A stretch of 64,000 nt of DNA from the human T2T-CHM13v2.0 reference genome, Homo sapiens. The translations under genes and the position numbers were made by a program. The notes beneath the pieces are model-generated. The model made no database searches and was not told where the DNA came from. It saw only the letters and a list, made by a program, of their open reading frames with translations. The first letter of the stretch is position 1, and every line of letters starts with the position of its first letter. Below are positions 38,301 through 64,000 of the stretch, in pieces. The stretch lies in the NCBI RefSeq assembly GCF_009914755.1, contig NC_060940.1; one strand, given 5' to 3'.

Positions 38301-39211
38301 CCGGCCGGGGATCTCGGGGTCTCCCGAGCCAGGCTGGGGAGCCTCACGATCTGAGGGAGGAGGCAGAGGTCTGATGCTGCGGCTTCCCCCACGCCCCCTC
38401 CCTTTGGCCGTTCAGGCCTCTCTCCTTGTGGCCCAACCCAACTCCCAGGGGCCCATGTCCCCTTACCAGGGATGGCATCTCCTTTGGGAACCACCCTCCC
38501 CCCTGCCATCCCCAGTTCTGCCCCGCAGGTGGGAAGGGGCGTCGGGGCTTGGCTCTGAAGGTCCCAGAGCCCTGCGGTAGTTCCCCATGGGCTGCCATTT
38601 CTCACCCAAACCTTGCCACCCCCAAGCCGCCCCCCTGCCCGGCCCTGCGCCTGCCACGGAGTGTCAGTCCACCCCTGGCCTTCGGTCTTCACTCACCTGT
38701 GCCCCAAACTTACCATCCCGAAGACACGAAGGGGCTTATCACCCTCGCTGCCCACCACTGACTCACCCAACCGTTTCCTGCAGTTCCTGGGACACACCTA
38801 GACGGCTCAGGCCTAGGGATCTTGGCTCACATGCGCTCCTCTACCTGGGAACCGCGCTTCCTTAGGAAGTCACCGTGGGTCCCCTCTTCCTAGGAGCCTT
38901 CCTGGGGCATCCCGCACTGCCCCTCAGCTCCAGCGCCGTCAGGACTCGGCTCAGCACCGCTTCGCCAGTGCCTCCCCCACCAGCAGGGAGTTCCACTGGA
39001 GCGGCTGATTCATCTGGGAGTCCCTAATGTCCCAAACTGGGCCTGGCACGAAGTCGGCATCTCTAAGTGCTGTTATTTAAAACAGCAATCTGGTTGCACG
39101 ACAAGTGAACATACCTAACACCACCTAATCTTACCCTTAAAAATGGTGAAGATGGTACATTTCGATATGCGTATTTCACGGCAATTTTTTTTTTTTTAAA
39201 TAAGAGAAATG

Positions 39212-42998
<3,787 letters not shown>

Positions 42999-43719
42999 TA
43001 AAGGCAACCATTAGGTTTCCTTCGTGGCTCTCCAGAATAAGAAAGGAAGCAGGACGAAGGGAGACACAGTGCAGTGTGAAAGCCGGTGAGTTTAGCAAGA
43101 GGGTGTCCATGACCTGGGCGCAGGGGGCCTGCAGTGAGGGGAGGGGGACACTCTGGTCAAGGAACCTGTCGAGTCCTCTCTCCTGTGCTCTCTTCCCACG
43201 GTGCTTGCTCAACCCCAGCCCTGCCTGCCTCCAGAAGAACTTGTTGAAGACAGGTAAGGATGAGGCTGGAGTTCAAGCCAATTTCAGAGGAAAATGATGG
43301 ACAGTGCTGAGCCCTGCTTTGTCCAGAGACGGGAGGCTTTTGCACCAGTCACCCAGTCATTCAGTAAATATTGACTGAATATCGACTATAGATTGTGGGG
43401 ATACAACCAGGCCCAAGGTCAATGAGCTGTGACTTCACAGCCTCATAGGGAAGACAGACAAATACACAGACAATCCCCATCCAGGGAAACTGACGTGGGG
43501 ACAGGGGATGGTCAGAAGCCATGGGAACTCAGGGTCCTATGAGGTAGGAGGGAACAAAGATTAACACCTCACTTCCCAGAAAAGGAGTTGTCTCAACTGA
43601 GACCTGAAAGATGAGGAGGAGTTACCCAGGTCAAGCTTGGGGGCAAGTGTATTCTAGGCAGAGGTGTGTGCCAAAGCTGGGAGGCAGTCCAGAGTACGGC
43701 ATATTCAGAAAAGAAATCA

Positions 43720-44310
<591 letters not shown>

Positions 44311-44311
44311 T

Positions 44312-47761
<3,450 letters not shown>

Positions 47762-47839
47762 TTACTTGTTTAGGAACTCGAAGCGGTTCATGGCAAGTAC
47801 CCCGAGTCCTAGCCCACCTGCTCTCTGCATAGGGTTGCG

Positions 47840-48470
47840 GCAGAGCACCTCACACGCGCAGATACACGCCTGGCTTTAGGGGAAGTCGCGGCACTGGGTC
47901 TGCAGAGTCCGCTGAGCACGCACCTTCGTTGTGAAACTAAGGAAACCCTGGAGTGTCCTTGGGCTTGGGTGGGATGGAACATGCCCGTGACAGACAGGCC
48001 CACCTGCCAATCAGAAGGGCGCTCTCCTTAGCTGGGATGGGGCCGCAGGAGTGGAAATGGCTGTTGGGAGGTGGCAGAGATGGGAGATGGGGTGGCCACG
48101 GGGGAGCCGCCGGCCACAGAAGAGGAAACGGAGGTGCAGGGAGCGGAGTCTGCGAAGGACGCGTGGATGGCCAAGAGATGTGCCTCGGAAAGGGCCGAGG
48201 GACTTCCTCTGACCAACCCCCGACGGCCATTCCCAGCCATCCGTTTTCCTGCAGCCGCGGATGCAACCTGTGGAAGAGGCGGGAGGAGGCCCGGGAGTCC
48301 GCCCCGCTGCGCCTTTCCTAGGGTGGGAGCGTGGACTCAGGCGCGGCCGCTGCTGCCACCTAGTGGGAGACGCCTGCTACTCCTCTCGGTTCCTAACCCC
48401 AGGGTCGTTCCCGGCTGAGCACTAAGGAGGGGGCGGGGGAGGACGGAGAGAGCCCTGTGCCCCTGGATCT
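47840..48470. promoter_or_regulatory. Isolated CpG-rich element with strong CTCF motif (48352-48366) and CCAAT box (48007)
   Basis: GCTGCCACCTAGTGG = reverse complement CCACTAGGTGGCAGC; unique CpG-rich island between Alu blocks; minus-strand donor AAG|GTGCGT at 47924/47923. Confidence 0.6.
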
Positions 48471-48601
48471 GCGGATAGGATGCAAGGGGGAGCCTCAGAG
48501 AGGAACCCCCCCCCCAGGAAGTGTGCATTGCCCACACTACTTTTCCCCTCTGTGCCGTGATTTCCTCCCGTGTATAAGGGAGGCAAGAGTACCTGCCTCT
48601 G

Positions 48602-49620
<1,019 letters not shown>

Positions 49621-49973
49621 TGTTACCTGTGGTTGATCCAAGGGGTAACCGGAGGTGTGTGGCCCTGTGCCACCACCCCAAATTGTGCCTGTTGTCCAAA
49701 CACAGCTTCCTTTAGTTCGGGCTTTCAGCAAGATGGCCGTGCCGCATCCCTCCTCTTTGTAAATGCTGGGGCTGCCACCAGTATGGTTTTATCATCAGCG
49801 ACATTCCAGGGGGTGAAGACTGGTCCCAACCTCTCCTCTCCTCTCCTCTTCTGATGAGAGTGAGGGATGGGGGAGGGGTCCCAGCTCCTAGCACTTTCTC
49901 CCCTCACCCCAAAGTGCCATCAGAACAGCTCTGGGCTGTGACATCACAGAGCCCCCACCTCATGATAGGAGTC

Positions 49974-50860
49974 ATGAGGCTGTGGCCATGGGTGCTGGTG
50001 TGGGTGTGGCTGGCTGCACTAGGGGCCATAGAAACTGGTAAGAAGCTGTCTTGGGAGCAGCAGGAAGGCAGGCAGCTCTGGGAGCATAAAGTGTGATGCC
50101 CACTTAGGGACTCGGAAGCCAACCCTGCACCCTCTCATTTTCTCTCCACTCTTCTCTCCCATCCTGCTGGTCCCACCTACCCCCCAACAACCGCGAGCCT
50201 TGTCGTGGTGCACCCAGCTGACCCTGAGGGAAATCAAGACCCTCCACAGCCTCTGCAATAAGGCTGGGTGGTCTCACAGGGTCCCAAGTCAGCTTCCGCC
50301 TCGAGAGATAAAGGCAGGGGTCAGCTTGGCTGTTGTCACAGAGTTTGCTTGGGTCCTAGCACCCAGACCCAAGCGTGCCACGGCGTCAGCCCTGGGGACA
50401 GAGTCTCCGCGCTTCTTAGACAGACCTGACTTCTTCGATTATCCGGACTCAGACCAAGCCAGGCTGCTGGCTGTGGCCCAGTTTATTGGAGAGAAACCCA
50501 TCGTGTTCATTAACTCAGGTATGAACCAGCTTGAGAAGGGACCTCCCTCCCCGCCAGGGTCTGGAGGAGAGCAGCCCCAGACCCTTCATTGGGCCATCAG
50601 AGGGGAGTTAAGGGTCCTGTTTGTCTAGCAGGTTCCAGCCCCGGGCTCTTCCATCACATCCTGGTGGGCTTGCTGGTGGTGGCGTTCTTCTTTCTCCTTT
50701 TCCAGTTCTGCACCCACATGTAAGGCCTGCCCCCTTTCTCCAACCCCACCCACCACCACCTTCCTTGGGAGCGGCTGAAGACCCCAGTTCTAGCGGGGCA
50801 GGCTGTGACCTCTCCCCTCTGATCTCCATGCCCCACAGAAACTTCCAGAAAGGGGCCTAA
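49974..50860 (+). CDS. C16orf92: Fertilization-influencing membrane protein FIMP (110 aa; signal peptide plus one TM helix)
   Basis: Exons 49974-50037, 50360-50518, 50632-50719, 50839-50860; 333 nt = 110 aa + stop: MRLWPWVLVWVWLAALGAIETAPRPKR...FLDRPDFFDYPDSDQARLLAVAQFIGEKP...HHILVGLLVVAFFFLLFQFCTHINFQKGA. Confidence 0.9.
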
Positions 50861-51080
50861 AGAGCCGGACAAGGGCTCTGGACTCAACCTGAGCACCCAC
50901 ACCCACCTCCTCTCCTGTTGATGAGCAAAAGTTCCCTGCTTTCCTCCTCCCTGACTGCCCAGCGAGCAGCTGGGGATCCTGTCCCCTCTGTTTCCCATGG
51001 CCCAAGCCCCCCACCTCCTCCCTTCCCAGCCCCAAAGAACTTGGTGGCAAGGGCCTTGGTGGCGTTCACGCAGATCGTCT

Positions 51081-51086
51081 TTTATT
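51081..51086 (-). terminator. TLCD3B: Poly(A) signal for TLCD3B
   Basis: TTTATT on + strand downstream of the TLCD3B stop. Confidence 0.7.
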
Positions 51087-51309
51087 AGCGGTCTGTAAAG
51101 CACCTCCCAGGGTCCCCCGACCCCAGATTGGAGGAAGCCTTGAGAGGTCAGTAGCACCAGGGACATGGCAGGGCCCGAGGGCGCGATGTGCAGCCGATGG
51201 TGAGGGACTGGGCGCCCTCGCCTGCCCCCGGGGTTGTCAGCACTGGGAAGGCTTGGGGGTAGCAGCCACCTCCTTCCCCCAACCCAACAGACTAGTTCAA
51301 ATTTGGGTA

Positions 51310-51324
51310 AATAAATAAAATAAA
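51310..51324 (+). terminator. C16orf92: Clustered AATAAA signals for C16orf92
   Basis: aataaataaaataaa, first such signal after the stop at 50860. Confidence 0.65.
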
Positions 51325-51815
51325 TAAGATTCCTCAAGCTGGCCTACCCTGGAGAGGAGCCGTGGTTGCAGCCGGCCACTCGGGAGGCCCGAGGGCCAGC
51401 GGGGGTTAGTTGGGGCGTCCTCTCCTCTCGGGTGATGGGGAGCCCTGGGGGATGGCAGCATAGGGGCTGGGATGGCCTTGGCAGAGGCGTCTCCCCACAT
51501 TCTGACTCCTGGTCCCCTTGAAACCCTGTTGGTGTCCCTCCCCACAAGCCCTCCTGCCCTCAGTGGGTGGGAGGCGGTGCCCCCTCCCCTCCTCCAGCGC
51601 AAGGGTGTGCAGGAAGGGGGCAGAGTAGGGGGAAGAGGTCCCCTCTCTCCACCCCCTCAGTCCCCGAGAGATGGGGCCTCTTCCCTTTCGGGGTCATCGT
51701 CAGTCCTGGGGTTGTCCGGGCAAGAGGACCCTGGCTCCCAACCCCAGCCATCAGCCCCAGAGCCCTGTCTCCACGGGGGTGGGGGTGGGGAGGGGGAGGG
51801 TCCCGGCCCCCGGCC

Positions 51816-57160
<5,345 letters not shown>

Positions 57161-59279
57161 GGTGGCTCAGGACTTGGGCAGGGAGGCAGGCGGGCCGTGA
57201 AGGGGCAGGGAGGCCGAGTGGAAGGAGTTAGGGGTGGAGAAGGGACGCCAAGCCCGGGAAGGAGGGAGAAAACGATGGGAAGGGGCACAAAGGGGCCAGG
57301 GCGGGGACGGGATGGGGCCAGGGAGTCCGATGAAACTGGGGAGTCGGGAGGGGGCTGGCTGGGCAGAGACGGGGGAGGGGAGGATGGGAGAAGGGGAGCA
57401 GGAGCAGGCCAGCGAGGGATGGGGAGAGGCAAAGAGGGGATGGCTTGGTGAGGGACAGAGAGGAAGAGGGGACAGGAGGAGGAGGATGCGGATGGGGGAG
57501 GGGAGGGAGCCACCAGGCAGGTGGGGAGGGGAGGCTTACGTGAGAGGCTGGGAGGGCCCGAGGAGGCGGGGAGGGGGTGGGGGTGGGTCTGAGTACCAGC
57601 CCCAAAGGAAGGAGGTGGGCGGGAGGGAGCGGAGGAGCAGCCGGGCAAGCGGTCAGCGGTCACCACCGCTCTCCTGGCTCCACTGCCTCCTCTCGCTGCC
57701 GCCCCAGTCCCTGCCGCCCGGCACAGACACCGCACATGGCATCATCATAGAGACTCCGTGCCCAGCCCCCTGCCCCCTCGGTGGGGAGGGGGAGGGGGAG
57801 GGGAAGTGGCCAGCTTGGGGAGGACGGGGGAGGGGCAGGAAAATGATGGCACCGACCAGACACCGAGAAACCGGACCTGCAGCGGCGTCTCCCCATGCAG
57901 CTCTGAGCCACAGCCGCGGCTGCGACAGAGATGGGGGGAGCAGAGAAAGAGGGAGGGGGAGGCCCTTAAAGGAACAGCAGCTGCGGTGTCACAGGGGGCT
58001 GCTGGGGACAGGGGACAGGGGCCAGCTCTTCTCTTGGGGAGGAAGGGGGCCCAGGGCTCCTTGGCCAGCTGGGAGGGGGCCCTGAGCCCCCACAGGGGCC
58101 TGACCCTGCTTCCCATCAGCACTTTGCAAATGCCTGGCATCTCCTCCCTCACCAAGCCATCCCTCTGTGGCCTGCCCCGGGTCCGAGCTTTGGGTGGCCA
58201 TTCCAGCGGAAGAGAGCGTTCCCTGGGAGAGGGAGTAAGTGGTGCTTTCTCAGAAGGAAGAGCTGAAGGAGGGGATAGGAGCAAAAACATCTCAACACAG
58301 CATCCTCAGAGCCAGAGGCCCCCTCACCCGATGGCGGGGAAGGAAGCTGACATTGGCCAGAGGGGGCACCTGACTGTGCTGCAGGGCTGCCCATGTCCTG
58401 TCTGCTGCAGGAGCTCCGAGGGCACTGCGTCTGTCCTTCCCACAGGGCCATCAACGATCCTGAGGCTCCCTGAGGTCACCCAGTTCAGAAGTGGCACAGC
58501 CCTCTCATTGCAGGCGTTGGAGGGGCAAGGAGTGGAAGAAGGGGAAACGGTGGCGAGAGCGCGGGGCAGCTGCCTCTCAGGAAGTCCCAGGGAGCCCTAG
58601 GATGCCCAGGCCCTGTTCTTCAGACTGCCAGCCCCTCCTGGCCTTCTCTAAATTCCCACCCCTCACTTTTTCCTCAGTTTCCTTAATGCTACTAGCTCCC
58701 CTTTCTCTGCAACTTCCACATACAGCCTAGTTTCAGAGTGGGAAAGGACTGCGGGGTGGGCTGGTGCAAGCTCCTCACTGGCCCATAAGGAAAGTGAGGC
58801 CTGGGGACTGGGCCCGGGTGGAGCTGTGGGACCTGAGCCAGAGACACTGCCCCCTTTGACTTCTGGCCTCCCATCCTGCTCCCAACTGTCCTGTGGACTT
58901 CAGCATGACAAGGGCCTGTTATGCAAACTCCTTTGGTCTCCAAGTTCAATAGTCAACCCTATGGTTTGCCTTTCTCTGCCAGAGCCCACTCCTCGCCTCC
59001 CCCAAAGAAAGGCCAGGGACTGGGATTTGCTGTTTTGTGCTGCCCTCTAGCGGCAATCTGTAGGAAAGCACCCAAGAAGTCTCACGCTGATTTAGAGACG
59101 GTTGTAGAGACAATAGCGGACCTAGCTCCTGTCCTCAGCCCTTCACGGGAGGGGGAAAGGGGATCCAGCTCCCTGAGTTTTTACTACATGCTGGGCACAG
59201 TACCAGGTGATTTCTACTGGTTCTTACTTGGTATCCCTGTTTTACAGAAGAAACAGGTTTAGAAATTTTGTGGGGTTTT

Positions 59280-61859
<2,580 letters not shown>

Positions 61860-61985
61860 TGACTCCACATTCCAGCTCCACTCCACACTCTGCTTCTGCT
61901 TTCACCACAAACTCATTCTGAAAGTAAAAGATCAGTTCCACCAGCCATGGCCCCAGGAAGGACACCCTCACCCTGGTCCTCTTAC

Positions 61986-62110
61986 TTGGATGCTACCAGG
62001 ACAGCCTCTTGTCTCTCCATCTGCAGGTTGGTGTGGTTCTGCAAGCCCCAGCGCAGGGCAGTGAAGCACAACGGGAAGAAGACGCAACCCACTGCGAACA
62101 GCAGGGTCAT
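61986..62110 (-). CDS. TLCD3B: Alternative first coding exon of TLCD3B (MTLLFAVGCVFFPLCFTALRWGLQNHTNLQMERQEAVLVASK)
   Basis: 125 nt, same length and phase as exon 57160-57036; donor CAA|GTAAGA; 13/42 ungapped aa identity to the proximal exon. Confidence 0.8.
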
Positions 62111-62366
62111 GCCTGCCTGCAGCCAAGAAGGCAGAAAAAGACGGCCATGAGAACACCTCAACACAACACCCTCAGACCCCCCAGCAGCCTTCTTCACCCC
62201 CAATGAGGCAAGCCCCAAGAGACCCATCCATCTGTGGCCATTGAAAGCCACCAGGCAAACCTCTTCTCTAAGCTCCTAGCATCCTTATTACTCTTTTAAT
62301 ATTCCTCATCCGGGGCAATTCGACATCCTAATTATCCCAATTTTTTGTTTTAAACACTCAATTTAG

Positions 62367-62693
<327 letters not shown>

Positions 62694-63436
62694 GCTCCTC
62701 CTACTCTTAAACTCCACCATTTTCCATCTTCTGCATGCCCCGCCCGCCGCCCACCCTAAGTCACCTCTACCTTCTCCCCAGTCCTCACCTCAGAGGGACA
62801 GGTTGGAAGACAGAAAGGGAGGTTGATGTTTCTCCTCAGCACCCAGAACTTGGAAAAAGGAAGGGAGGGGGTTGTCAAGATATTTGGAACTTTAAAATGA
62901 CATTTGTTGAAAAAACAAAATAAAGCCAAAGCGATTGTTGTTCCATTAAAAAAGAAAACAAAAGAAATAACAGGTGCAAGCCTGAAACTACATATATTTA
63001 CATAGATATCATTTTTGTTTAGAAAGACCTCCCCTCCCATCTACTCTGGGGAGCAGAGGTGTGGAGCAGGCACAGGCAGGATGAAGGGAACCAGGTCCTG
63101 CCATCCTGCCTTCCTGAAGTGTCTTCCAAGGGACCTTCTCGGGATAAAAGGAAGGTGTCAAACTGCAAAGGCACGAGGCTGCTCTGTAGAGGCAGTTGGG
63201 GAGGGCAGGAGTATGCTCTTCCATTGGTGGAGTGGCTAGAAGATGCCATCCTCCTAATGGCCCGCCAGTTGATACATGTGCCCTATCATTTGCTTCCTGT
63301 GGGGGCTGGGGGGCGGTTCCAGCAAGCCTTGCCTAGAATTGGCCAATTAGAATCCATTGGTGACTTGATGGACAGCTATGTTTCAGGGAGAGGGCTCAAA
63401 GAAAGAAAAGGAGAGGGGAAATAAGAGCAGGTGCAG

Positions 63437-64000
<564 letters not shown>

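Noticed and set aside
37005-38354. 449-aa + strand ORF antisense to the DOC2A promoter
   Set aside because: Non-ATG start, GC-rich/low-complexity CpG island where stops are rare; P/A/R/H-biased with no recognisable domain.
38951-38959. TCAGCACC near the DOC2A promoter as an RE1 site
   Set aside because: Left half-site only; no correctly spaced GGACAG right half.
57234-58600. 283- and 280-aa Gly/Arg-rich ORFs at the TLCD3B promoter
   Set aside because: G-rich low-complexity sequence, non-ATG starts.

Overview
Human genomic DNA from the gene-dense 16p11.2 (BP4-BP5 CNV) interval. Six protein-coding genes strictly alternate strand, and all exon chains could be rebuilt by hand from GT/AG sites with intact frames: TAOK2 (+; 1235-aa alpha, 1049-aa beta and a 1122-aa exitron-spliced form), HIRIP3 (-; 556 aa), INO80E (+; 244 aa), DOC2A (-; 400 aa), C16orf92/FIMP (+; 110 aa) and TLCD3B/FAM57B (-; 274 aa). 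There are CpG-island promoters, a HIRIP3/INO80E bidirectional promoter, three tail-to-tail gene pairs (two with overlapping 3' UTRs), and Alu-dense blocks at about 24-27, 39-50 and 59-64 kb. The most unusual unexplained signals are: a degenerate ~29-30 bp periodic array of nine units in the AUG-free TAOK2 5' UTR; a duplicated, paralogous 125-nt alternative first coding exon of TLCD3B; dual-frame use of C16orf92 exon 1; an 83-bp tandem duplication of the branch-point region ahead of the TAOK2 isoform-switch exon; an inverted templated insertion inside an Alu; and a near-perfect RE1/REST site in TLCD3B. There are no prokaryotic-type systems (CRISPR etc.), and most ORF-track entries are spurious GC-rich or Alu ORFs.
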